Part shown: positions 19,252-27,428 of the stretch, piece after piece
How the letters are laid out: the number at the start of each line of letters is the position of its first letter
Position numbering within the stretch: the stretch's first letter is position 1
Translations under genes and position numbers: made by a program
Source of the DNA: Acidobacteriota bacterium
Lineage (GTDB): Bacteria; Acidobacteriota; Blastocatellia; HR10; J050
DNA length: 34,288 nt
Assembly: GCA_003696865.1 (NCBI GenBank)
Contig: RFHM01000249.1
Coordinates: 1-34,288 of the forward strand
Direction: 5' to 3'
The notes under the pieces: generated by a model
The model's database searches: none
What the model was told of the DNA's origin: nothing
What the model saw: the letters and a program-made list of their open reading frames with translations, nothing else

Positions 19252-21306
19252 ATGGCATATCGGCTCGGTATCGATGTTGGAGGAACGTTCACCGATCTTC
19301 TCTTGCTCGATGTGCAGTCGGGGAAGACGTTCCTGGTGAAGACACCGTCCACGCCACAAGACCCCTCTGTGGGGATCATGGAGGGCATCGAACGGATATG
19401 TCAGGTGGCTGGGCTGTCGCCCGGTGAGATCGCGCAAGTCCTGCACGGAACCACGGTGGCCACCAACGCCGTTCTGGAAGGGAAGGGCGCGCGCGTGGGA
19501 TTATTGACCACGGAAGGGTATCGTTACATTTTGCATCTGGCGAGATCGTGGACGCCGGGGCCCTTGTTCGGGTGGATCATCATGAAGAAGCCCGAGCCAT
19601 TGGCGGCCATCGAAGACACCCGGGAAGTGGAAGAGCGGCTCTCGCCCACGGGAGAGGTCGTTCGTCCATTGAATGAAGAGAAGGTTCGGCGGGACATCAT
19701 CGATCTGCGAGATCGGGGCATCGAGTCGTTGACCGTCTCCTTGCTCCATTCTTATGCCAATCCCGTTCACGAGCGGCGCATCAAGGAACTGGCTGCCGAA
19801 CTCTGTCCCGATATTCCCATCTCGATTTCCTCTGAGATCCTGCCCGAGTTTCGAGAGTATGAGCGGACGTTGACCACGGTGATGAATGCTTACGTCAAAC
19901 CCAAAGTTCGTTCCTACTTTCTCAATTTCGAGCGGAAACTCAGAGAGGCGGGTATCAATTCGGTGGTCAATGTAGTGCGGTCCGACGGAGGGCTGATGAC
20001 CTTGCGGGCGGCACAAGATCGACCGGTGTATGGATTGCTGTCAGGGCCTGCTGGTGGGGTTGTGGCTGCTGCCTATGTGGGCAGGTTGGCTGGCCATCCA
20101 TCGGTTCTTTCGCTGGATATGGGGGGGACCTCGACCGATGTCGCTCTCACGCGCAATGGTCAATTGACCATCGCCCGAGAGACGAAGGTCGGATACTATC
20201 CGGTGAAGTCTCCATCGGTCGACGTTCAAACCATTGGTGCCGGCGGTGGGAGCATAGCTCACGTCCCCGAGGTCACCGGAGCCTTACGCGTTGGACCGCA
20301 GAGTGCCGGAGCCGATCCTGGGCCCGCTTGCTACGGTCGAGGCGGACAAGAAGCGACGGTGACCGATGCCAATCTGGTGTTGGGACATTTGCCCCCTCAA
20401 CTGGTCGGAGGCGAGATGAGCTTGGATGTCGATGCGGCTCATCGCGCCGTCGAGCGCATTGGGCGCCGCCTGGGACTCGATGTCCATCAAGCCGCTCAAG
20501 GTATTCTCGACATCGTTAACGAGAATATGTTTGGTGCTCTTCGATTGGTCTCGGTCGAGCGGGGCATCGATCCCAGGGAATTCGCGCTGGTCGCTTTTGG
20601 AGGGGCTGGCCCCATGCATGCCAATGCTCTCGGCAGGCTGATCGGTTCTTGGCCGGTGATCATTCCTCCCGACCCTGGCGTGCTCTCGGCGTTGGGATTT
20701 CTCATCTCCGAGTTCAAGAACGAGTTTGCGCAAACGTTCATTCGCGTCATGGATGATCGGCTGACTCTGGACGAGGTGCTCTCCACCATGGATCGCCTGG
20801 GCGAGGAAGCCCGGCAGTGGTTGATCGAGGAGGGGATTCCCCCTCAGGACCAGGACATCCGATTCAATATCGATGTGCGCTATTACCGTCAGGGGTATGA
20901 GATCCCGTTGGATGTGACTCACGACCAGCTTCGGCGGGAAGGGCTCGCCTCGCTCAAACGGCGTTTCGATGAGATTCACCATCAGTTGTATGGCTTCATT
21001 CCGGCAACGCCCATGGAACTGGTCAATATTCGCGCTATCGGCGTCGGTCGCATCAAACACTTCGAGCTCCACAAACACGAACCAGCCCCCGGTGAGGCCG
21101 CTGAGGCGATCATCGATCAGCATCGGATCTACTTCGATGGGGAGTTCATTCCCACGCCGATTTACGACCGATCGCGCTTGGGCGTGGGGCACCAACTCAC
21201 CGGTCCGGCCATCATTACTCAGTACGATACCACGACGGTGGTGCTCCCCGGATATCAGTGTACGGTGGACGAATACTTGAACTTGCTCATTCGACCGCAG
21301 ACTTGA
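19252..21306 (+). CDS. Hydantoinase/oxoprolinase A-type subunit (HyuA-like), paralog 2, 684 aa
   Basis: Same motif set as 12197-14257 (GIDVGGTFTD, HGTTVATNAVLE, SGPAGG, DMGGTSTD, GAGGGSIA, FGGAGPMH); SD GGAGGAG. Confidence 0.95.
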   Translation: MAYRLGIDVGGTFTDLLLLDVQSGKTFLVKTPSTPQDPSVGIMEGIERICQVAGLSPGEIAQVLHGTTVATNAVLEGKGARVGLLTTEGYRYILHLARSWTPGPLFGWIIMKKPEPLAAIEDTREVEERLSPTGEVVRPLNEEKVRRDIIDLRDRGIESLTVSLLHSYANPVHERRIKELAAELCPDIPISISSEILPEFREYERTLTTVMNAYVKPKVRSYFLNFERKLREAGINSVVNVVRSDGGLMTLRAAQDRPVYGLLSGPAGGVVAAAYVGRLAGHPSVLSLDMGGTSTDVALTRNGQLTIARETKVGYYPVKSPSVDVQTIGAGGGSIAHVPEVTGALRVGPQSAGADPGPACYGRGGQEATVTDANLVLGHLPPQLVGGEMSLDVDAAHRAVERIGRRLGLDVHQAAQGILDIVNENMFGALRLVSVERGIDPREFALVAFGGAGPMHANALGRLIGSWPVIIPPDPGVLSALGFLISEFKNEFAQTFIRVMDDRLTLDEVLSTMDRLGEEARQWLIEEGIPPQDQDIRFNIDVRYYRQGYEIPLDVTHDQLRREGLASLKRRFDEIHHQLYGFIPATPMELVNIRAIGVGRIKHFELHKHEPAPGEAAEAIIDQHRIYFDGEFIPTPIYDRSRLGVGHQLTGPAIITQYDTTTVVLPGYQCTVDEYLNLLIRPQT

Positions 21307-21456
21307 GAGAGTGCGCCTGGTTCGAGATCGTGGGGTTGATTGCGGAGAATGAACGAGGCGCCATGGACGTCGACGACGAGCCGACGGTCGGTCAGAAGGC
21401 GAGGGCGTCCGGAACGCCATGCCATTCATTGACCACTTCTCAGGGAGGATATAGGG

Positions 21457-23253
21457 ATGACTCAACGGACAGCGGTGAGCATTGATCCCATCACCTTGGA
21501 TATCATCGAGAGTGCGCTCAAGAACGCGCGCTTCGAAATGGATGCCGTCCTCTATCGAACGGCGATGTCGCCGAGCGTTCGTGAGCAGCACGATGAATTT
21601 CCCATGATCACCGATCCTGATGGCCGGATGGTCGTCGGTCAGTTCGGATCATACATTCCCGAACTGTTGAAAGACTTCGGTCCCATCGAAGAGGGGGACG
21701 TCATTCTGATGAGTGATCCCTATGAATGTGCGGGCTCCATCTCTCATTTGAACGACTGGATGGTCATTTATCCGATCTTTTATGATGGCCAGCGGGTCGG
21801 TTTCTCATCACTGTTCGGGCACATGATGGATGTCGGTGGGCCGGTGCCGGGCAGTCAGCCTCAGCATGCGACGACCATTTTTGGTGAAGGGTTGCGCATT
21901 CCGCCGGTGAAGTTGTTCGAACGGGGGAAGCTGAACGAATCGCTGCTCAAGCTCATTCTCCACAATGTGCGCACGCCGGAGATGAATCGGAGCGACCTCA
22001 TGGGCATCATTGCCGGTTGTCGCGTGGCCGCCCGGCGGGTGCAAGAGCTTTGTGATCGATTCGGAAAAGAGACGTATCTGGCCGCCTGCCAGGAGCTGTT
22101 GGATCGTACCCGTCGGGCCATGGCCAAGCTCATCCGACGCTATATCAAGGAAAAGAAGAAGACGTTCATCGATTGGGTGGATGAGGATGGGTTGGGGAAT
22201 GGACCGTTCAAGATGCAGCTCACCGTCTGGCGGGAAGGAGAGAAGGCCTATTTCGATTTCACCGGCACGTCGCGACAGGCTCCGGGCCCGATCAATTTTC
22301 ATATCAACGAGGGATTGATGAAGATGTTCTGTGGGGTCTATTTGATCATGAACACGGATCCTCAGATTCTGTTCAATGATGGATTCTACGATCTGTTCGA
22401 AGTCATCCTCCCCAAGGGGACGATCATGAATCCGGAGTTTCCGGCGGCGGTGGGGAATCGACTCAATACGCACACGCGGATGTTTGATGTGCTGAGTGGA
22501 GCGCTGGGCCTTCACGATCGGCAACTGGGCATGGCCGCTGGCTATGGGACGAGTCCCTACTTCGTGTACAGCGGTCGAGATCGTCGGGGGAACTACTTCC
22601 AGTTGGTCGAACTCCTGTTTGGCGGCATTCCAGGACGCCCTCACGATGACGGGTTGGATGGACACTCGTGGTGGCCGCTGTTCACGGCCAACGCCACCGA
22701 GTATCTGGAGAGCTACTACCCGGTTCGCATCGAACAGTATTACCCGCGACGAGACACCGGTGGGCCGGGGCGCCATCGAGGGGGAACGGGGATATTGAAG
22801 AAGTATACCTTCCTCGAACCGGGCGAGGTGTCCATCAATGATGATCGCCACATCACCCATCCTTGGGGTATTTGGGGAGGGCGACACGGGGGACGCTCTT
22901 ACAAGAAGCTCATCAAGAGAGACGGAACGGAGATCGAACTCCCGGCGCAAAAAGACTTCATTCGCGTCGAGCCGGGCGACCAGTTACTGTTCTGTACGGC
23001 CGGTGCGGGAGGATGGGGTGATCCGTTAGAACGCGCTCCTCATCGCGTGTGGTTGGATGTCATTCGCGGATTGGTCTCCATCGAACAGGCGCGGGACGGG
23101 TATGGAGTGGTGATCGACGAGCGAACGATGGAACTCGATGAACGGGCGACCGAGGAACTCCGCGCCAAAATGCGAGAGAAACGGGGCCCGCTACCAGATT
23201 TCGACTTCGGCCCTCGACCGGAGGTGATTCCACCGTCCGAATGGCAAGGATAA
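21457..23253 (+). CDS. Hydantoinase/oxoprolinase B-type subunit (HyuB-like), paralog 2, 598 aa
   Basis: IDPITLDIIE, RTAMSPSVREQHD, SHLNDW, GHMMDVGGPVPGS, DTGGPGRHRGG and AGAGGWGDPLER; SD GGAGG. Confidence 0.95.
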   Translation: MTQRTAVSIDPITLDIIESALKNARFEMDAVLYRTAMSPSVREQHDEFPMITDPDGRMVVGQFGSYIPELLKDFGPIEEGDVILMSDPYECAGSISHLNDWMVIYPIFYDGQRVGFSSLFGHMMDVGGPVPGSQPQHATTIFGEGLRIPPVKLFERGKLNESLLKLILHNVRTPEMNRSDLMGIIAGCRVAARRVQELCDRFGKETYLAACQELLDRTRRAMAKLIRRYIKEKKKTFIDWVDEDGLGNGPFKMQLTVWREGEKAYFDFTGTSRQAPGPINFHINEGLMKMFCGVYLIMNTDPQILFNDGFYDLFEVILPKGTIMNPEFPAAVGNRLNTHTRMFDVLSGALGLHDRQLGMAAGYGTSPYFVYSGRDRRGNYFQLVELLFGGIPGRPHDDGLDGHSWWPLFTANATEYLESYYPVRIEQYYPRRDTGGPGRHRGGTGILKKYTFLEPGEVSINDDRHITHPWGIWGGRHGGRSYKKLIKRDGTEIELPAQKDFIRVEPGDQLLFCTAGAGGWGDPLERAPHRVWLDVIRGLVSIEQARDGYGVVIDERTMELDERATEELRAKMREKRGPLPDFDFGPRPEVIPPSEWQG

Positions 23254-23291
23254 GGGAACTTCTGGTCATCGGAGCGGCGGCGAGAGCCCGG

Positions 23292-23321
23292 TTGATCCCT
23301 TCGGCGAGCACATGCTATGGT
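23292..23321 (+). promoter_or_regulatory. Possible sigma70 promoter for the nit-hit unit
   Basis: TTGATC (23292-23297), 18-nt spacer, and extended -10 TGcTATGGT (23313-23321) in the 317-nt intergenic gap. Confidence 0.35.
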
Positions 23322-23570
23322 AAGAATCGGCGTGAGTCACAGCCGAGGCAGGTGGATCGCATCGAGCGGAGGTGGCGATTTTTCGTTCCCGATTTTGGGG
23401 AGAGGAGTAGTGAAACGCGAGATGGGTAGAGCGATATTCAAAGGTCTGGGGCGGTGAGGATGTGGCTCGTCCACATCCGGAGCGGCCTGAATGAGAGTTC
23501 CCCTCCATCCCCCTCGCAGGCAGCGCCGCCCCAGGCATGCGGATGTGCTCGGGATCAATAGCGAGAGCGA

Positions 23571-24440
23571 ATGAAGCTCAAAGTAGCATTGGTTCAGATT
23601 TGTTCAACGGAGGATGTCCGGCGAAACTGCGCACGAGCGCTAGAGTGGATTGAGGCGGCGGCGCAACGTGGCGCGCGCTGGGTTTTGTTCCCCGAGAATA
23701 CGTGCTACATTCGTGGAGAGAATGATCCGGTGAGCTGGAGCGAGCCGCTGGATGGGCCGATTGTCGAGTCGTTCTGCCGGGCGGCGCAGAGATGGGGTAT
23801 CTACGTGTTGCTGGGGAGCATGCCCGAGCCGATTCCTGGTTCGACGAAGGTGTACAACACGTCTCTCCTCATCGGGCCGGAAGGGGACATCCTGGCTGCT
23901 TACCGCAAGCTCCATCTGTTCGATGCCGTCCTGCCCGATGGTCGGGTTCTGAGCGAATCGCGATTCGTGGAGAAGGGCGACGATCTCGCGCTGGCCCATG
24001 TTGATGGAGTGACCGTTGGATTGAGCATATGCTACGACCTTCGCTTTCCCGAACTCTATCGAGCGTTGACGGTTGCTGGGGCAGAGGTGTTGACGGTTCC
24101 CTCGGCATTCACCGTACCCACGGGACAGGCTCACTGGGAGATCCTCCTTCGTTCTCGGGCAATTGAAAATCAGGCCTTTGTGCTGGCTCCGGCGCAAACG
24201 GGGCAACATACGTCGTCGCGTCGCAGCTATGGGCACAGCATGATCATAGACCCCTGGGGGAGAGTGATCGCGGCGGTCGGACAGGAGGAGACAGTGGTGG
24301 AAGCAGAACTGGAGATGGATCAGGTTCGGCAAATTCGCCGGCGCATGCCCTGTTTGCGTCATCGCCGCTTCGATATTGTTGGACCGAACGAAGGGCATCC
24401 AGACGCGGCTCGCGGCGGGGAAAGAGGGGGACATGTTTGA
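23571..24440 (+). CDS. Carbon-nitrogen hydrolase, Nit1/deaminated-glutathione amidase-like, 289 aa
   Basis: Glu-Lys-Cys triad in FPEN, YRKLHLFD and ICYDLRFPELY; PSAFTVPTGQAHWEILLRSRAIENQ and SYGHSMIIDPWG are Nit-branch motifs. Confidence 0.93.
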   Translation: MKLKVALVQICSTEDVRRNCARALEWIEAAAQRGARWVLFPENTCYIRGENDPVSWSEPLDGPIVESFCRAAQRWGIYVLLGSMPEPIPGSTKVYNTSLLIGPEGDILAAYRKLHLFDAVLPDGRVLSESRFVEKGDDLALAHVDGVTVGLSICYDLRFPELYRALTVAGAEVLTVPSAFTVPTGQAHWEILLRSRAIENQAFVLAPAQTGQHTSSRRSYGHSMIIDPWGRVIAAVGQEETVVEAELEMDQVRQIRRRMPCLRHRRFDIVGPNEGHPDAARGGERGGHV

Positions 24441-24507
24441 GCGAGTTCGGGATGCGAGCAATCTGCGTGGGGAAGAATGAAACTCGCGTCCGATAACAGA
24501 TAAAATT

Positions 24508-24972
24508 ATGCCCGCACACAACCCGAACGAACCTTGCAGATTCTGTCTCATCGCCCACGGCCAAGACCTCAGTCACACTGTTTTTGAGGACCAGTACTCC
24601 CTGGCCTTCCTCGATTACCGCCCACTATTTCCAGGCCACACCCTCCTGATTCCCAAGCAACACTACGAAACGTTACTCGATGTCCCTTCGGCGCTGATTG
24701 AACCTCTCTTCACCAATGTACAATTGATTGCCAGAGCTTTGGAAGTGGGCCTCGGTGCTCAAGGCTCATTCATCGCCATCAACAACCGCGTGAGCCAAAG
24801 CGTCCCTCACCTTCATATCCACATTGTCCCACGGCGACGAAAGGATGGCCTGAAAGGTTTCTTCTGGCCTCGTCAGCGTTATAAGGATGAAAGAGAGATG
24901 GTCGAGGTTCGGGAGAAGCTCCGACGAGCCATTCGGTCATTGAAACGCCACCGGACGCCACACCACGGGTGA
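24508..24972 (+). CDS. HIT (histidine triad) family nucleotide hydrolase, 154 aa
   Basis: N-terminal CRFC, AFLDYRPLFPGHTLLIPKQH, and triad QSVPHLHIHIVPR. Confidence 0.93.
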   Translation: MPAHNPNEPCRFCLIAHGQDLSHTVFEDQYSLAFLDYRPLFPGHTLLIPKQHYETLLDVPSALIEPLFTNVQLIARALEVGLGAQGSFIAINNRVSQSVPHLHIHIVPRRRKDGLKGFFWPRQRYKDEREMVEVREKLRRAIRSLKRHRTPHHG

Positions 24973-24981
24973 ATCCGCGGC

Positions 24982-25034
24982 AAAAATCAAAATTAATAAT
25001 TGCTATTGATTTTTCTCAGCCGTTCGGCTATACT
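24982..25034 (+). promoter_or_regulatory. Sigma70 promoter of the Fur-family gene with an overlapping Fur/Per-box-like operator
   Basis: TTGATT (25006-25011)-N17-TATACT (25029-25034). A 7-1-7 dyad TAATAAT-T-GCTATTG (24994-25008) sits inside the inverted repeat AAAAATCAA/TTGATTTTT (24982-24990/25006-25014). Confidence 0.7.
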
Positions 25035-25045
25035 TATCGCTCCTT

Positions 25046-25498
25046 ATGGCCAAGACGTCGACATCACTCCGCAGAAGCGACGAGGGAAGGGAAGCGCTGA
25101 GGGAGAGACTCCAGGCTAAGGGGTATCACCTCACCCGCCAACGCATGGCCGTTTACGAAGCGTTGAGTCGTATCCCGCATCATCCCACGGCGGAAGAAGT
25201 CTTTTTAGCGGTAAAAAAGCGACTTCCTCGCATTAGTCTGGCGACGGTGTACAAGAATCTCGAAGCGCTGGTTCAATGTGGAGCGGCGGCGAAGCTCACA
25301 TACGGGGGAGATTCGGCACGTTACGACATTCGAACCGATCATCACGACCACGTTCGTTGTTTGAGATGTGGCAAGATTTGGGATATTGAACCTCGCGCGG
25401 GCTCGTCACGAGTCACGCCGATGGAGCTTCCCAAGGGGTTTCAGGTGCTCGAATGTCGTGTGGAATTCGTCGGTTACTGCCGATCGTGCCGGAGGTAG
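25046..25498 (+). CDS. perR: Fur family transcriptional regulator, PerR-like, 150 aa
   Basis: HPTAEEV, ISLATVYKNL, RYD...HHDHVRCLRCGKIWDI and C-terminal CRSC give two CxxC motifs and PerR-like His/Asp ligands; directly upstream of dps. The family is secure, the PerR subtype is inferred. Confidence 0.85.
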   Translation: MAKTSTSLRRSDEGREALRERLQAKGYHLTRQRMAVYEALSRIPHHPTAEEVFLAVKKRLPRISLATVYKNLEALVQCGAAAKLTYGGDSARYDIRTDHHDHVRCLRCGKIWDIEPRAGSSRVTPMELPKGFQVLECRVEFVGYCRSCRR

Positions 25499-25517
25499 CC
25501 GAGGGTGTTTTTTTCGC

Positions 25518-25548
25518 CAAGAATCAATAGTAATTCTTGTTTTTCATT
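25518..25548 (+). promoter_or_regulatory. Fur/Per-box-like operator upstream of dps
   Basis: CAATAGT-A-ATTCTTG (25525-25539). Positions 25519-25548 match the reverse complement of 24985-25014 at 24 of 30 positions by manual alignment. Confidence 0.65.
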
Positions 25549-25570
25549 CAATGCAGAAAGGAGATTAACG

Positions 25571-26050
25571 ATGGCAGCAAACATTGGATTAACCGATGAG
25601 CAACGGCAGGGAGTGATTCAAATCCTGAATACTCTGTTGGCCGATGAATATGTCCTCTACACGAAAACGCGCAACGCGCACTGGAACGTTGTGGGGCCGC
25701 ACTTCAGTCAACTCCACAGCTTCTTCGAAGAACAGTATCAACAACTGGAACAGATCATTGATGATGTGGCCGAGCGCGTTCGCAGTCTGGATGGCCGGGC
25801 ATGGGGTACGTTGCGGGAATTCGTCGAACAAACCCGGTTAAGAGAAAACCCGGGATCGTATCCTGGAGCTCGAGAAATGCTGGCCGATCTGCTGGCCGAT
25901 CACGAGACGATCATTCGACATCTCAGAGAAGATCTGGAAACCTGTGAAAAAGAGTACCACGATATGGGAACTAATGACTTCCTCACCGGGCTCATGGAAA
26001 CCCACGAGAAGATGGCCTGGATGCTTCGAGCCCATCTGGAGGGAGAGTGA
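25571..26050 (+). CDS. dps: Dps (DNA protection during starvation) mini-ferritin, 159 aa
   Basis: HWNVVGPHFSQLHSFFEEQY, ferroxidase DDVAERV and HEKMAWMLRA; SD AAGGAG before ATG 25571. Confidence 0.96.
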   Translation: MAANIGLTDEQRQGVIQILNTLLADEYVLYTKTRNAHWNVVGPHFSQLHSFFEEQYQQLEQIIDDVAERVRSLDGRAWGTLREFVEQTRLRENPGSYPGAREMLADLLADHETIIRHLREDLETCEKEYHDMGTNDFLTGLMETHEKMAWMLRAHLEGE

Positions 26051-26197
26051 CGATGGTCGAAGGGGACTTTCCCCTTGATGAGCGGAGAAAGGTTTGAGCG
26101 GAAGGCGAGCGATAGGTGTCCGGCCTCAGAGGGATGTCGGACGAATGGACCCGTCCCGACCGAGGTTCTCCTGATGCCCCGCGCGCTCGGAAAATGA

Positions 26198-26227
26198 TTG
26201 ACAAGGCCGAATATCGATCGATATAAT
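26198..26227 (+). promoter_or_regulatory. Consensus sigma70 promoter TTGACA-N18-TATAAT
   Basis: TTGACA at 26198-26203 and TATAAT at 26222-26227; perfect 14-bp palindrome ATATCGATCGATAT (26211-26224) overlaps the -10. Confidence 0.8.
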
Positions 26228-26233
26228 GCGCCG

Positions 26234-26403
26234 TTAGTGGAGCGAGGGACGGGTCATCCCGAAACCAGACTCGAGGCTCACGGGCATTGAAGATCGACGT
26301 AACAGGAAGAACGTGTGTTGATCGAACCTGTATGGGACCGGCCCAGATAGAGCACAGTCTGGTTCGAGGCGCCCGTCTTCGTAGGTTGCTTCACGAGAGC
26401 AAC
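26234..26403 (+). ncRNA. Candidate structured RNA (rod-like hairpin with internal bubble; 6S-like architecture or structured 5' leader)
   Basis: Nested pairings GACGGG/CCCGTC, AACCAGACT/AGTCTGGTT, GCTC/GAGC, GGGC/GCCC and GATCGAC/GTTGATC, directly behind a consensus promoter and followed by a GTTGCT/AGCAAC hairpin. Identity not established. Confidence 0.45.
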
Positions 26404-26459
26404 GCGGTCGATGGAGAACTGCACGTCGAGTGCCAGTCATGGAAGAGGGAGGATCACCG

Positions 26460-27428
26460 ATGGAATCGATCATTCAGCGATATTCAGGGTTACACCGGCT
26501 CGCCATCGCTACGACGATCGCCACATTCTTCTTGATTCTTATTGGGGCGGATGTCACCAGTCACGAAGCGGGGGATTCTGTGCCCGACTGGCCGCTGGCC
26601 TTCGGTCGGCTCGTCCCCTGGGCTCATCTGCAAGGCGGAGCGATCTACGAGTACACGCATCGCGTCATTGGAGCGATTGTCGGGTTGCTGATGATTGCCC
26701 TGACGATCGGGCTCTGGCGAAAGGAGTCGCGCCGCTGGGTTCGCCTCATTGGAGGGGCTGGTTTGATCCTCGTCATTCTTCAGGGAGTGATGGGAGGCAT
26801 TCGAGTCCTGCTCGTTGAATACCGATTAACCACGGCTATCATTCATGCGCTGCTCGCTCAACTCTTTCTCGGACTGGTGGTGAGTCTGGTCGTTTTCACA
26901 TCGCCCGCCTGGTTCAAAGCAGAAGAGATGAAGTCTCATCGCCTCACCTCTACGCCTATGGCATTATACGCCTTGGTGGTGGCGACGCTATCGCTATTCG
27001 TTCAACTCGTTCTGGGCGCCGCTTTTCGACACGGCGGGCTTGGCATTCTCCCTCACATCATCGGTGCGGTGGTGGTCACCGTGCTCATCGGGTGGGCGCT
27101 CTTTGCTTCCATACGAACGGCAGCTCAGGCATCGGCATCGCTCCCGGCCGAAAACTTTACCACCTATCTCACCCGGCCAGTACGTTGGGCGATCTGGTTG
27201 ATGCTCATCCAACTTGCCTCGGGGATCGCTGCCTACCTGACCCGACTGGCGTCGATGACGGCGCCTCACCCATTGGCTTCCATGATCTGGTCGACCATCA
27301 CTCATGTTACTGTGGGAGCAGCGGTCCTCGCCGTGATGGTCGTGCTCACACTGCGAATGTACCGCTTTCTCTCACTCACGGGTGTCCTTGCTGATACCAG
27401 CTCAACCCCTCAAGGAGCGACGCCATGA
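26460..27428 (+). CDS. ctaA: Heme A synthase (COX15/CtaA family), about 322 aa
   Basis: GADVTSHEAGDSVPDWP, EYTHR, QGVMGGIRV, IIHALLAQ and C-terminal THVTVGA; about 8 TM helices; SD GGAGG before ATG 26460; upstream of heme O synthase. Confidence 0.9.
   Translation: MESIIQRYSGLHRLAIATTIATFFLILIGADVTSHEAGDSVPDWPLAFGRLVPWAHLQGGAIYEYTHRVIGAIVGLLMIALTIGLWRKESRRWVRLIGGAGLILVILQGVMGGIRVLLVEYRLTTAIIHALLAQLFLGLVVSLVVFTSPAWFKAEEMKSHRLTSTPMALYALVVATLSLFVQLVLGAAFRHGGLGILPHIIGAVVVTVLIGWALFASIRTAAQASASLPAENFTTYLTRPVRWAIWLMLIQLASGIAAYLTRLASMTAPHPLASMIWSTITHVTVGAAVLAVMVVLTLRMYRFLSLTGVLADTSSTPQGATP

Noticed and set aside
12197-21306. Recent tandem duplication or assembly artefact for the two HyuA/HyuB pairs
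   Set aside because: The copies differ at many synonymous and non-synonymous sites throughout, and I saw no long identical stretch.
20284-21591. Long antisense ORFs (also 21808-22950, 18421-19446, 17393-18316, 3586-4683, 5266-6234, 23640-24551, 31871-33070, 33092-34012)
   Set aside because: Each lies opposite a motif-supported gene, has no recognisable motifs, and is the expected shadow of codon bias in GC-rich DNA.
26234-26403. SRP RNA, tRNA or a known riboswitch
   Set aside because: No SRP helix-8 motif, no cloverleaf or T-loop consensus, and no aptamer consensus that I recognise. Kept only as an unidentified candidate RNA.
26287-26535. 82-aa TTG-start ORF across the leader, and the 79-aa minus-strand ORF 26234-26473
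   Set aside because: No SD, no motifs, and both overlap ctaA. RNA structure explains the region better.
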